64,000 nt of DNA from the human T2T-CHM13v2.0 reference genome, Homo sapiens, in the NCBI RefSeq assembly GCF_009914755.1, contig NC_060927.1; one strand, 5' to 3'. Positions 37,308 to 52,887 of this stretch are shown here, piece after piece; positions within the stretch are counted from its first letter, which is position 1, and each line of letters starts with the position of its first letter. The position numbers and the translations under genes were made by a program. The notes beneath the pieces were generated by a model, which saw only the letters and a program-made list of their open reading frames with translations, was not told where the DNA came from and ran no database searches.

Positions 37308-39347
37308 GTATGTGTTCCATATTAAAAGTTTTAGTTTATCATATAACATACATTTTACTGAAATGTTGACTCCATCATATCAAGACAAACATGTTAGATA
37401 ACAAAACACTTCAGCTGTCCAAAATTTATTTCTTTGGAGCTATGTAGATTTAAAAGAACTATTTTAAATCTCATTCTGAAAGAGGGCATAATAAATACCA
37501 AAAGCTGTAGCAAATCTCAGGTAAGAAGAGAATGTGTTTCACGCACTTAGACATTTATTATTAATTGCAGATTTGATAGAAAGTTGCAGTAGAAAACAAT
37601 GAGGTGAGTTGAACAGTGGCTTAAATATGAGGAAATAGAAATGGTAACTATAGTCTTTTCATAAGCTTAAATATTAAGGAAATGAGAAAGAAGGCGTTAG
37701 ATTTAAAAAATAGAGTTGAATAGGGGTATTTTATTTTGATTTCATATTATATCATATATATTTTGTTTAATGCACTCATGTATTTATATAAATATTTATA
37801 TTTTATATATAATTTTATTTGCTATAGAATCTAAAATTATTTTATTTGTATATAAATATATTTTATATTATATGTTTTCTATTATACATATTTTATAATT
37901 ATGTATGGGAGGTCTATGAACATGATTATAAGCTGAAGTTAAGATGGTGGTAAATTGAGGTACATTGGAGAAACGTAGGGAGTGGTAGGTAGAGGAAGGG
38001 ATGGGGGTTTATCTGACCTAGAGAATGTGGAAGCAAATTGGATTCAATGCAGATGGGAAGAATTGGCAAAACACAGGAGGAGGGACATATCTTCATTTGT
38101 GACAGAAGAAAAATAGGTGCTGATGGGTATTGATGTAGATTGGGAATGTAAATTGGAGCAGTAAATGGAGTGATTCTATCATTTTCTCTAAATTCAGATA
38201 GTAAAGTCATCATTTAACAATGCAGTGATGTTTCTAACACAAAACCTGAGTATGACATACCAGTTTCCATGAGTCTCTTCTGCCCAAAGCATTTCTTTGA
38301 AAACTTTTACATCAAAGTATCTGTGAAGAATGAAAATATGTTTACTAAAGTAAAGGAATTAAATAAGAATAAACCTAGAAAAAATAACATTTGTCTGATA
38401 CTTTCTATTTCAATATTAAAGAAAACATAAAAATATGTATTCCAATCAAAAATATGAGCATGACTTTTTATAGTAAAGGTTAAATAAAAACTTAAGACTT
38501 AGTGTGTATTTGACATGTCAATAATACTCGGTACCTAGTTTTGGAAACATCACAAGATAATAATATCTACTCCTCTTTCCATGGCCCCCAAGAGATAGGT
38601 TTTGTAAGAACCTCATATCCTGTTACTTCTCCTTCACTACTGTATGATTTCTCCTGACACTTGTTACTACCAAATTCTATTTATCTTTTAACAATTTTCT
38701 TATCTGCAAAAGGAAGCATTTGCCCAAGCCCCATAGCAAACAAGTGTGACCCATCCCCAATCCATACACATACCAAAACAAAACAAACAACAAAACAGAA
38801 GAAAACACATTCTTTCTTGTCTGCCAAGAAAATATGAATACCTAATTCAAGTCTTAGCTCTCTCTACTTCCTGTTTACTCTTCTCTATCTTTCTCTGGGA
38901 GTTTCTGTGAAGTCTAATTTGATTTCCAAAGAGCATTTTCTGTACTCCATTAAAGAAACTATTATTTTGCATTATTGCTTTTGGTTTGTATGCCTGTCCT
39001 CCCTACCCCGTCTCCAGTAGACTGTGACTTCCTTAAAGTAGGAGTTAATATATATGTGTTTGTACTTTCAAGACCTAAGACCTGTTAAATGAAGGAGACA
39101 GAGATTAATCTTGAGGAGAGAAAATTGGCTTAAACGATCCAGTGTAAAAATGTACGAATGGATGAAAAAGCTGACAATGCACATGTAAAAGGAACACTGG
39201 GAAGAATTCATGTTCTATAATTAAGATAAAATATTAGAAATATTTTCTCTAGAGTGTATCAGTGAGGAACAAGGTGTACTAGTAGGTTTTCTCTTGAAAA
39301 AAACACTCATCAATTCATTTGGCTGCCTTTTTTTTTTTTAATTTCAG

Positions 39348-39417
39348 CTTTGTTTAATTATGACTTTCTGTCAAGATGAACAGCTGATAGACTTGATGCT
39401 GTTGTTGTATCAACCAA
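39348..39417 (+). pseudogene. AADACP1: AADACP1 exon 3, Trp-to-stop at 39377-39379
   Basis: tttcag|(A)LFNYDFLSR*TADRLDAVVVST(N)|gtaaga. Confidence 0.93.
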
Positions 39418-39689
39418 GTAAGAGCACTCATGGTTTGTTTGGGTTTTGGCCAGATGCTTTGTATAGGAAAATGCTCTCAGCTTTTTTGGTCTTTCTTTGG
39501 TTATGCCAAGAAATTGAGAAAGTGAGCACAGAGAAAATGTGGTTGAGCGTTACAGGAACAGACACGGGAAATAACAAATCAGATCAAACAGGAATCAGAA
39601 ACAGGAAGTTTAGAAATAATTAGAATACAATTAAACTATTGGATCTTATGGACAAATTACTTCTGCTGGATTTCCAGCCTAGTTTTCAC

Positions 39690-39910
39690 TAGCAGAGTTA
39701 ATAAGAATGAGGGCTTTGAAATCAGAGAATCAGGTTCAAATCTGGGTTCTAAAATTGATTCTGCGACTTTGTACAAGTTGAATGTGATCTCTTTAGCTTA
39801 GTTTCCTCATCTTTAAACTGGGAATCATATAATATTTTCTACATAATAGGGTTGTTTTGAGGATTAGATGATAAAGCAAAGGTACTACAAGGTATGTCAG
39901 AGTAAAATCC
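39690..39910 (+). mobile_element. MIR
   Basis: ggctttgaaatcaga...ggttcaaatc...agtttcctcatctttaaactgggaat...gaggattagatgataa. Confidence 0.8.
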
Positions 39911-40456
39911 TTCACTAAAAGCAATTAGCCACCAAATTGCACATGGGAACACAAGCAAAATCTATTCTCAAAAAGCATGCTAGATCAATAATTACTGGAA
40001 AATGCACCCAATAAAAATGAGTAGAAAAATGAAGAACCCATATGAAAAAACACAGTAGTGACCATATGCCATCTGAACATTAGATTAAAGTAGAATCTAA
40101 CAGTTCTGAAGATTTGCTTACCATTTATTGGTTACCACCAAAGTGTAATGATCACAGAAAAAAAACATTCTGGAAGAAATTTATCTAGGGAAACGTAACA
40201 CCTGCTTGTGTTTGTTTTTTCCTTAAACCTAATCCAAGTTTTGTATTAATGAATTTACTTGTGTAAATGACCTTTGTAAAAGTTTTCATATAGGGCATCA
40301 TCATAAGGATGAAACCTGTTTTTGGATTTCTGATGACCCAAAGTATCAGGTTTGCTAAAGCAAAAATTACTTTTGATTTTAGGGTTAGAGTGAGCAGAAA
40401 ATCATATACTTTTTAATTAAAAATAGTTGACTTAAAAATTGTTATTCTGCCCACAG

Positions 40457-40628
40457 CTACAGAATAGCACCTAAATATCATTTTCCAGATCAATTTGAAG
40501 ATGTATATAATGCACTAAGATGGTTGTTATGCCAAGATATTCTTGAAAAATATGGTAGAGAGCCTAAAAGAATTGGCATTTCTGGAGACACTGCTGGTGG
40601 AAATTTAGCTGCAGCAGTGACCCAACTG
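40457..40628 (+). pseudogene. AADACP1: AADACP1 exon 4, catalytic Ser replaced by Thr
   Basis: ccacag|[22 protein letters not shown]...[20 protein letters not shown]|gtatga; ACT at 40590-40592. Confidence 0.94.
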
Positions 40629-42299
40629 GTATGATGCTCGGATTTGTTTTATTTCTTAAATATCCTATGCTTAAATATATTTATTTCAGATAAAATTTTT
40701 AGAAAAAAATGTTAGCAGATTCATAGATACCATATACTTGCAGAAGGAATTATACTTTTCATATATTATTCACACTATTTATATGACATTTAGCTAAAAT
40801 TGCACACCTATGAGTTGTCAATTTAAAGTATTCCATAATTATAACTAGCCTACTATATTATGGATAAAATTGTTTTTGTTACTGTTTTTTTTTTTTTTTG
40901 ACATAATAAACCAGGCAGTGATGTCTTAGAAGCAATGTTTCTATAGGGAAAAATAATTACATAAACTTTGCAAATTAATGTCTATAGTTTAATAACTGAT
41001 TCTGCACTTGAATAACTGACTTTGATAATAAATGTCACATCTAAATTTACTGTGCAAAAAATATTGTTTTTGCTGCTTTTATTATTTATTTTATATACTT
41101 TGGAAACGTATAAATTTTGGTTATTGGTACATTCACGATAACCTTTTTCTGATTTCTAGCCAAAGGAAAAATACAAATTTTGTGATTCATTCTAATATAC
41201 TATAGAAGAGATACATGCAACTTCCCCAAAATTGAACCCTATATTGCCTACACATTGTTGCTCTGAGAGGCCCCCTAGTGCAGTACAATTAATCCGTCAG
41301 GAGACACAGATTATTGGAGCTGAAGCAATGTCCAGCTGTGACCTTAGACAAGCCACCTAATCTCTTCAAACATCAATTTCTTTTTATTATATTACATAAT
41401 AAGTCTTTCCTCTTACAGAGTTTAGACTTCTGAAATGATGAACCAGTTAATTCTGACCCATAATTATTAAAAATCTAGCTAAAATATCTTGTAAAGGGCT
41501 AATAAGATATAGAAAACTTCTAGGCCAAAAATTTTAAAAGACTAAAAAAGAGAAAACTTCACAAAAAATAATTCTAGCACTCAACATCCTCTCTGCCCTA
41601 AAGGCATATGGTAGTCAAAAGGAAACAATTAAACCAAGGTGAGCTTTGGGAGTTTCTCACGGTTATACATTCAAATCCTTGCAGATATGAGTACACTCAT
41701 AAATCACTCCTCCCTTAAGTGATGCCCTGTAGAAATACACTCTCAGAGTCAAAGTGAACCTGATGTAAAACAAAACGCACTTCCATTTAAAGCCTTGCTG
41801 CACATCATCCAGATGGCTAGAGGAACCTCAAGCTTTGAATTTAAATTAAATTAAGGTAGTATGAGTGGTAATTACTACTGTGTGATTGACTGAAATACAT
41901 AAAAGGCATTGCTGGAGAAATACAGTACCATCATAGTCTTTAAATTATTCTTGCAAATACCTTGTGAAATTGAATGCCCAAAACACTATAAAATATACTT
42001 GGGCAAACAAGTAAGCAAGAAACAATGAAGGAAAGCAAGTTGAATCAGCAGACAATAGAAATGCTCTACAAAATTTAGATATTAGAGCTATCAGCCATAC
42101 AACATGAAACAACTGTCCTACTTTGTTCAATGAATTCAAAATGAGGGTTACGAATTTCAGCAGAAAATTTGAGGTTTTTTAAAAAAAATTCTAAAACAAA
42201 GTAATAACCTTATAAAAATTAAAACCTTAAAAATGGCATAAGTAATTTTACACAGCTGAAGAGATCATTTGTAAATTGATAGATGGGAAAGATGGGTCA

Positions 42300-42814
<515 letters not shown>

Positions 42815-44532
42815 CTAAAAGCTTACTTCTCAACAGCAACAATGTAAGCTCTAGGACAGTGGAACGATAATATTAATGTACAGAACAAAAATGACGGCCA
42901 ACCTAATTTTATGCCTCAGAAAGATATTATTTAAGAATAAAGGAGAAACAGAGACATATTTAGATAAATGAGAATGAAGACAGTTTGCTGTCCTTAATAG
43001 GACAAATTGAAAGATACTTTAAGTAAAGCATTTTAGACAAAATGAAAACACAGATAAAAGGTTAAGATGTAGGAAGAAGCAAAAGGCAAGAATGTGATAA
43101 GATGTAGAGAAACCTTAATAAGCTTGGATAGTTTAAAATAACATATATAAAATTAAAATATAAGAAAAAAAGGAGCTATAAGAGAAGTGGGAAGGACTTT
43201 AAGTGTTATAAACTCTTTTTATTACCCTAAAGGAGATAAAAAGTTAGAATTGGCATTTGATATGTTCATTACCCTTTGAGAAGTTAATAAATAACACATT
43301 GTAACACTGAGGACAACAATTTAAAGTATAGAAACTGTATAATTTCTAAACTGTTAGAGGAAAAAATACAATAATTGAAAGGTTAATACGAAAGTAGGCA
43401 AAAATAGAAAAAAAAGGATAATAAAACGAGGTAGTAGGTTGAAACCAAACACTTTAATAATTAGATTAAATATAACTGACCTAAATGATCTGGTTGTAAA
43501 ACCAAGTTTGTCAGAGTAGCTGAATAAACAGTTTCTGATCATATGTAGTTTATAAATGGCACATTAAAGACATAAGCAGAAAATTAGAAAGTAAATGGGT
43601 GGAAAATACATACCATAAAAACACATTTAAAGATATTGCTAGGTTAAAAAAGAAGGTTACATCATTACAGAAAAAGTTTAAATTACCAAGAAAATACAAT
43701 ACCCTAAATCTGCGTGGATTTAATAATATGGCCTTAAAATAAATGAAGAAAATATTAACAGAAGTGCAGGGAAAAATACACAAGTCCACAATGATAGCGA
43801 GAAATTTAAGGATACCTCCTTCAAAAATTAAAATAAGAAGCAGACAACAATAATAGTAAGCTGAAAGACTGCTGGAATAACAACACATTTCGTGTAATGG
43901 ATGTATAAAGAACAGAGGAACAAGCAAGCACACAAGGATTTTTTTTTTAAATGGATGATGTACTGGGCTATGATGCTTTTATTATCTTTTAAACACCTTT
44001 TAAATGTTCTCCACATTTAGAGCAATATTTATAGGAATTTGTATATCCTTAAAAGCATATATTAGAAAATAAGAAAGGCTAAAATTATGTATCTGACTCA
44101 ATAATTCTTTTAAAAAAAGAACAGACGTCCCTAAAAATACAAGGGAGATAATAATAGTGATAATATCAGAAATTATGATATTCCTAACAAGCTTCAGTAG
44201 TATGAATGAAAAGTAAAAACTTAATACTTTGAAAAGATGAATAAAATTGTAAAATCTCTAGAAAGACAAGCAGAGAGAAACAGATTAATGACAGAATTGA
44301 AAAAGGGGTAAGATTGTATGTAGATCCTTCAGAAATAAAAAAGAATTAGCCTTTAATAAGTTAATAATGCACACTGTAAGTCTTAAAAGAGATATTTTGA
44401 AAAACTTTTCAATTAAAACAAAATGGAAAAATATGTAAATAATCAAATTCCAAGAAAAATATAACTCACCAGATAGACACGAGAAATAAAAATCTGAGTC
44501 ATTTAATAACTACTAAAATAATTAAATCAGTA

Positions 44533-44770
44533 CAGGTTGAATATCCCTAATTTGAAAATTCAAAATTCAAAATGCTCCAGAATGTAAAATGTTATGAGCA
44601 CCAATATGACACTCAAAGAAAATGCTAACTAGAGCATTTTGGATATTAATTTTTTGGATTGGGGATGCTGAACTAGTAGGTATGATACAAATATTCCAAA
44701 ATAAAATTTAAAAAAAAAACAGAAATCTGAAACATTTTTGTCCCACGCATTTTGAATAAGAGATACTCAA
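44533..44770. mobile_element. Tigger4/MER46-like DNA transposon
   Basis: TA|caggttgaatatccctaat...ataagagatactcaa (degenerate TIRs). Confidence 0.75.
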
Positions 44771-45226
44771 AATACAGTACCAGTAGAAAACCTCATTGGT
44801 AATACACGTTAAACATTCAAAGATGAAATAATTCCAAATAAACATGAAGTATGCCAGAGGATAGGAAAACTGTGTATATTCTCTGATTTATTTTCAGAGA
44901 AGCATATTTTTTATAACCAATCAAGCAAGAGCAGATTGTTGTCAGGAAACAAGAGCAAATTAATTTCAGGAATAAAACAATGAACCAATAACACGCATAA
45001 AACTAAGATATTAGCAACATGAACAAAATATACCATTATCAAGTTGCTAATAATGGAAGGAAACTGTATTTTATAAAAATCAGTTAATTTCCCTCATATT
45101 AGTAAATTACAGAGGCAAAATGATATAGCATCTCACTAGATGCAGAAAAAGAATTTGGGAAAAGTCACAATAATTGTTATCATTATTGGTTAACTAGGAA
45201 TAGATAGAATTTCCTTAACCAGATAA

Positions 45227-45723
<497 letters not shown>

Positions 45724-46345
45724 CTATGTGCTTGATTTTCTATGTTTATTTTATTTAATAATAAAGGATTAATAAAATAACTGCACATTCAAAGATTTAG
45801 TTACCTGTAAAATTGAATTTATTGGTAAAACATAAAATATTTTTGTGTTTTTCCTTATCTAAAATCAGCCACCTATTAGCTACCTACTTAATTATTTACC
45901 ACACCTCTACTAATGTAAACAGCATCTTTCATACTAGATATTGAGCTAAATGGAATGTGTGTGGCAATCTTACTTCAGCTATAACACTAAACTGATTATT
46001 TAAATTCAGAAATTATTTTTACATAAAAAATATTCTAATGGACTTATAAATATTTTATTTTGCTAAGTGGTTCCTGTTATTAACTTTGTTTTAAATGTAA
46101 TAAAATAAAATTTGCTGCTATTTGGTTTTACTGCTGTATGTGCATATTTTATTTTATTTTTTATTTTTAGAAAGTGTTATATTTATGTTAAAGGAAGAAT
46201 GTCAGCATGCTGTACTTTCTTCAACACTATATAGAAAATGCTGTTGCGAGTTTTCAGAAATAGACTTCCAATTTACCCATTAAACTTCGATCTGAGGAGC
46301 ACCCAAATGCATGTAGCTTCAATAATCACTATTTATGACCTATAC

Positions 46346-46430
46346 CAGTGGATCCCAAATTTTAGCTTGCATCAGAATCACCTGAAGTCCTTCTTAAAAC
46401 TCAAATTGCTGGTCTCTACTCCCCTAATTT
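46346..46430. mobile_element. MER5A-like hAT fragment
   Basis: cagtggatcccaaattttagcttgcatcagaatcacctg. Confidence 0.65.
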
Positions 46431-46864
46431 AGTACCCCATTAACAGGAAACATTTAGTACACCCTGAAAATATGCATGTTGATTTATAGATAATATTTCT
46501 CTTAACACCACTATAATTTGAATATTTAAAACATGAAAATTAAAATGAATTAGATTTTTATAGCAGGAATGAGAATCCTAATATGTTCTTGCTCAACTTT
46601 AATAAATATTTTTGTATTTATGGCTCCCAATCTCCCACAAAACACCTGAGAGAGTTATTTTCTAATTAGGATACCACTGCCCTATAGAAATTAAAAAAGA
46701 TAATTATACAGATGATTGCAGCATGAAGAGAAAGAACACACTTGGAATACTCCCATTTAGAAAACAAATCAATCTGACCCACATGTTTCACAGAGGGACT
46801 ATAGGACTTACTCAGAACTAATTCGTTCAGTGTTAAAGCCAAATTAGAATTCTTAGTTATTTGA

Positions 46865-47272
<408 letters not shown>

Positions 47273-47487
47273 TGAAAAAAATAGCACAAATCATTTTGCT
47301 TATATTAATAGTATTAAATTATAGATTCCTATAATATTGAAAATGGGAAAGTTCCTGAGATATATTTTTGTTGTTTCTGATTTTCTTGTTGAGAATCTTA
47401 ATTAATCGCACATCAATATATTGTTTTTAAATAAAAATGTTTTCAAATGAAAATTATTCAAGAAACTTATTGTTAATTGTTTTTCAG

Positions 47488-48077
47488 CTCATAGAAGACC
47501 CAGATGTCAAGATCAAACTCAAGCTTCAGTCTTTAATATATCCTGCCCTTCAGACGCTTGACATGGATTTACTATCACATCAGAAAAAACTAGACTCTCT
47601 AGTTCTGTCCAAACCATTCATGGTCAGGTTCTGTAGGGAATACTTTACCACAGACAGATCACTTGAAAAAGTCATGTTCTTCAACATGTACCAATGGAAT
47701 CAAACCATCTGTTCAGATTTGTTAATTGGAGTTCCTTGCTCACTGAGAAGTTTAAGAAAGGCCACTTTTGTTATATTCCAACTCGTGGTAGTTCTGAGCT
47801 AGCTAAAAAATATCCAGGGTTCCTAGATGTGAGGGCAGCCCCTTTGTTGGCCAATGACAAGTTACATGGTTTACCCCTGTCCTATATCATCACCTGTCAA
47901 TATGACATCTTAAGAGATGATGGACTCATGTACATCACGCGACTGTAGAACTCTGGAGTTCAAGTGACACATAACCACAGTGAAGATGGATTCCATGGAG
48001 CACTTTCCTATAATGGGCTTAAAATTGAGTATGGAATAGAAAATCAGTATATGAGTTGGCTAAGTGAAAATCTATAG
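47488..48077 (+). pseudogene. AADACP1: AADACP1 exon 5 with frameshift, one-codon deletion and TAG
   Basis: [22 protein letters not shown]... [frameshift about 47683] ...[35 protein letters not shown]...WLSENL*. Confidence 0.94.
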
Positions 48078-48889
48078 TAAAAATGTAAGCAATGGTTTAT
48101 TTAAAATGTATAAGGCTCAGAACAGGAAACAAATTAGTGAAAATCAAAGGGTTGATGTTTGAATTGGTCTTTATCATCTGTGACCTTTCTAAGGTCCTCA
48201 TAGCCATAGTGGGTTTTGGTTTTGTTTTTATTTATTGGCCGCTAGCAAATTCTTCTCCATTTTATTTATTATCCTGTTATTCACTCACTTCTGTGAAGAT
48301 ACTTTAGTATTTTCTTCTGCTACCATTACTCACTTGTTAAATCTCTAGTTTACAGCTATAGCTTTTTGATTGCCGAATAGTATTACAGATGAGAAGGAAG
48401 TTTTAAACAAACACGTCTGATTTGTAAAATGCCAGAGTTTTAGTCAACATGAATTTAGAGACTTAAAATGTTTCCCTGTGAGAACTGATATGAAATATGT
48501 GCCATCTCTTTTAAAAAGCATTTGCCTCAATATAATGCTGTTTGCCTGTCACTGTAAAATTTGCTTCTTAATACAGATCTCTTCCAGTACTAGGATACCA
48601 ACATTAACGCAAATGATCTTTCAGTTACTTTAGGGAAAGGCAGCTCTAATTGTGTGAGAAATTAGGGAGGTTGAGGTAGGCACGAAGCCAGCATAAGGCA
48701 GTAGCTCCACATGTGGCAGTGGCTTATAGTCGTGAGCGAAGCTTAAGACACGGAAGAAATTATACAACCAAATTGAAACACTTAAATCTCTGAAAGTTCT
48801 TATGTCCATATAGGCACCGTATGGGGGAAAGACCACAAAGAATAAGCCATAGTGATCATATGGTATGTAAGGTTTGATCGTTTTGGAGC

Positions 48890-49264
48890 TGCATTGAGGA
48901 AGGCAGCTGAGGGCCAGCATAGAATTTCCTCACAGCCACTGGAAACCAAGCTTTCTTTATTTTCCTGCTCAGCTGTTGACAGGCAGGAAGCACTGGTGGG
49001 GACAGTGGGGCAAATCACACACTTCCATTTTTGTCTATTATATCAGGAAAAACAATAGCATTCCTGGAAGCCCCACTCAATACATATACATATACATATA
49101 CATTTTTATATGTCATTCTACAGAATTATATCTCATGTGATCAGCCTTAGCTGTTAAGGTTGCCTGAGGAGTCATTTTTTTTAATCTGAGCACATCATTG
49201 TGAATAAAACTAATATTCAGTAAAATCATGTAAGTAGTAGATAGGCAGTAAGAAGTAGGCCACA
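48890..49264. mobile_element. Old MLT1 (K/L-like) LTR remnant
   Basis: tatatcaggaaaaac...ttcctggaagcccc...ccttagctg...gccaca. Confidence 0.5.
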
Positions 49265-49809
49265 AATTCTTTAGGGTAAGTGATTAAAATTATGTGTGAA
49301 TAATATATAGAAATATCTGGGGTCATATAATGCATGGAATGGATGTATAAATGAATTACACCTACAGCTCCCAATGGAGCATCACAGTAATATTTGTGTA
49401 CTCAATTAGTTGAAGAAGGCATTTGTCTGTTTTTTTTTTTTTTTAATTTGGATCTCTATGCCCTATTCCTTTACCTCCCTCAAACCAGGTGCCCATAAAT
49501 CAAAATAATCTATGTTCCCTGGTGGGAACATAGTCTTAATTTGGGTTAGGAAGATACATTTAAATATAGACATAAGTTATGATACAAAAAACCTTATTAA
49601 AGCAACATAAACAATAATGATGAAATGAATTGGTATTAGTTATACCATGTTTTCCCAAGACTCCTGCCAAAACGAAGACGCAGTAGAGTGAGGGAATGAT
49701 AGCAACAGCAACATAACATTCTTTAATTATTTACCTGCAGATTCATTTTCTGGTACAAATATCCATCTTGGTGCCTATCTTTGGTTTCCTCAAAGTAAAA
49801 TAGGATAAA

Positions 49810-52270
49810 TAATTGAGTGTCCCCTACCTTACCAACTGGCTTTTTGTATTCTAAGTCACCAGGCCTGGCTCTTACTAATTGTTTTTATCCCTCTCTACAT
49901 CTATCATCACTCCCAAGTCACCCTCATCTCCCAAACCCTAATACCTGTAAAGTCATTCCCTGTACCTTATTCTGTCTTTTCCATAGTCCCTCCCCAATTC
50001 CTATAAATTTCACTGAGCTGTCTGGGACTCATGATTCATTTATGAGTGACACCCTCAAGCTTTTGTCAGTGTTTTCCATCAGTTTTCAACTGAGATTCAG
50101 TACTTAATTTAGGATCATGCTTCTTCTATTTTTTTCTTCCACATTATTCATATTACAGGATTTTAATGTGCAGTAGATGTCTTCCTTGCTCATTGCTGCT
50201 CCCAGACTGTTACCTCTCCTACAGCCTTCTGAATTATTGTAGCAGGCTAGATCACCAATCTCCCTTCCATTTTGTAGTCATCTGCTTACCTCTGAGTCAC
50301 TGGTACTCCTGTCTCAAGCATTTTAGATTTAAGCTCATTGTCACTCTAATACCCAAATCCATTATTGTTGTCATTCCAATATCCACAATGTAATATCTCC
50401 AATATTACAATTGAGGATTTCAAAATCTGTACAGATAATACAGCCAGCAACATGGACTCTGATTTTTATGACTTGTTCTTTTCCAATCATCTGTCCTCTA
50501 TTCCTTTATTCTGCACAAATCATTTGTCCTTATAATCATGCCTTAGACCTTGTTACTAACAAAACCTATACCTCTCTAAAATCTCAGCATTAAATAGACT
50601 ACTGTCGGATTATAACCTGCTGTATTTGTAGGCCACTGCCACTAATACTTCAATAGCCACAATGCTTGAGAATTTTACCAGGATTTCATATTTCCTCTCT
50701 ATGCTCATATACATTTTTTTTATTTTCTTCATTACTCAGATTAAGTTGTATAGTCAGTCATTATCACTTCTTTGCATATATACCCCCAGGTTTTCTCTCT
50801 CTCTCCCCCATCTCTTTCTCCTTCCCCTATCACCCTTTATCCTTCACAGATGAGCATGATAGAATAAAATAATCCTGCTTCAATGTTCTCATTGTAAATT
50901 CAATACGGCAAGCTTCCCGTGTGCCCTTAGTGCTGTCCATCAATCATATTATTTTCCCCAAGTCAATCTCTCCTATTATTATAACTAAACTGTGCTCTTA
51001 TATGAGGCCAAATTCTCTTAAGTGTATACTAGATTCATCCCCTTTTGCTTTCTCAAGGACAATATTCTAGAAATTATCTTTTTTTCTTCTGCTTTATTGC
51101 TAACTGCTGGATCATTTCCACCAGAATACAAATATGATAAAATTTCACTCTCTTTAAAAAAATCTCTCATGACTCTATTTCCCCTTCCAGTTCCACCATA
51201 TTTCTCTATTTTCCTTTATAGCAAAACAAAAAGAAAAACTGAGTAGAGCTGTCTATATTTGCTGCCTCCATACACTTTCTTCCAAATCTTTCTTACATAT
51301 CTTCTCCAATCAACCTTTTATCCAAAATTGCTCTAACCACCAAAATCCTTCTTGTCAGTGTTAATGATGTAGCAGGCTAGATCACCAACCTCCCTTCTGT
51401 TTTGCAGTCTTCTGCTTACCTCTGAGTCACTGGCTCTCATGTTACTATATCTATTGTTGTTTTCTGATCTATTTTGAGTAGGGTGCTTCTGATCTTGGAA
51501 CTCAGGCCTCTTCTCTATCTGCAGTTTATTCTCTGAGATGCCATTCAGTCTCATGGCCTTAAATGACAGAGAAGGCAACCCCCCCAGGTCATATCTTCAG
51601 TCTGGAGCTTCTCAAATCCAGCTTAATATATATCCAATGGCCTACTTGGCAAGCTCACTTGGATTTAAATAAAAATCCCAAACAAATTTCTGATCTCCCT
51701 CAAATAACCTCTGATCTTTGTCTTTCTTATTTCAGCAAGTAGCAATTGCATATTTCAGTTGTTCAGAACAAAAGCAAAACAAAGGAGCAAACAAAATTAG
51801 CTATTTTTTATTTTCTTTTTATTCATTCTGTCACACATATCGTTATCAAATCCTCTTGGCCAAAATATGTCCGATATTCAACCCCCTTTTTCTTCTAAAC
51901 TCCATTGCTAATACCCTCCTCTAATCTACTACCAATTTTTGCTTAGAATAGTCCAATAGCATTCTAACCAATATCTCCCCTTCCACCCTGTACCCTTAGA
52001 GTCAATTTGCAACATGTCAGAAAATGATCTTTTTTAAATGGAAGTCAAATGATGTCACACTCCTCTGTTCAAGATCCTCCAGTGGCTTCTCAGCTATGTC
52101 AGACTGAAAGCTCTCTAACTAGTCTTACTTGCCTCCTAAGTGTTATTTGAACATCCCTGGAATGCTCCAGCCTTATCATTGAGACTTTCCAATTGACATC
52201 TCCCTATCTTCCATGCTCCTTCCTCAGATACCCACGTGGCTCACTCCCTTATCTCCTCAAATATGACCTT
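49810..52270 (+). mobile_element. L2 LINE remnant
   Basis: CT-rich; atatccaatggcctacttg, gtcaaatgatgtcac..ctctgttcaagatcctccagtggct, ttcctcagatacccacgtggctcactccct. Confidence 0.75.
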
Positions 52271-52592
52271 CTGAACTCCAGAGCAGCCAATAAAAATAAT
52301 AAAACAGACATATTGGTAACAAACCTCAGGTGAAGGTAAAAGAGAATTATAAGAAATACTCAATTCGAAATAAGGCTTAAAAAGAGGAAAATGGTAGAAA
52401 GAAAACACGGGATACATAGAAACCAAATAGTAACGTTTAAGACAAACCATATCAATGATTACATGAAATGCAAGTGGTCAGAGCATCAAATTAGAAATCA
52501 AAGATTAACAAATTGGATTAAAATGGAAGGTCCAACTGTTTTAAGAAAAGCAAAAAAAAAAAACCTCGTAAATGTAAAAATGTAGATATACA

Positions 52593-52887
<295 letters not shown>

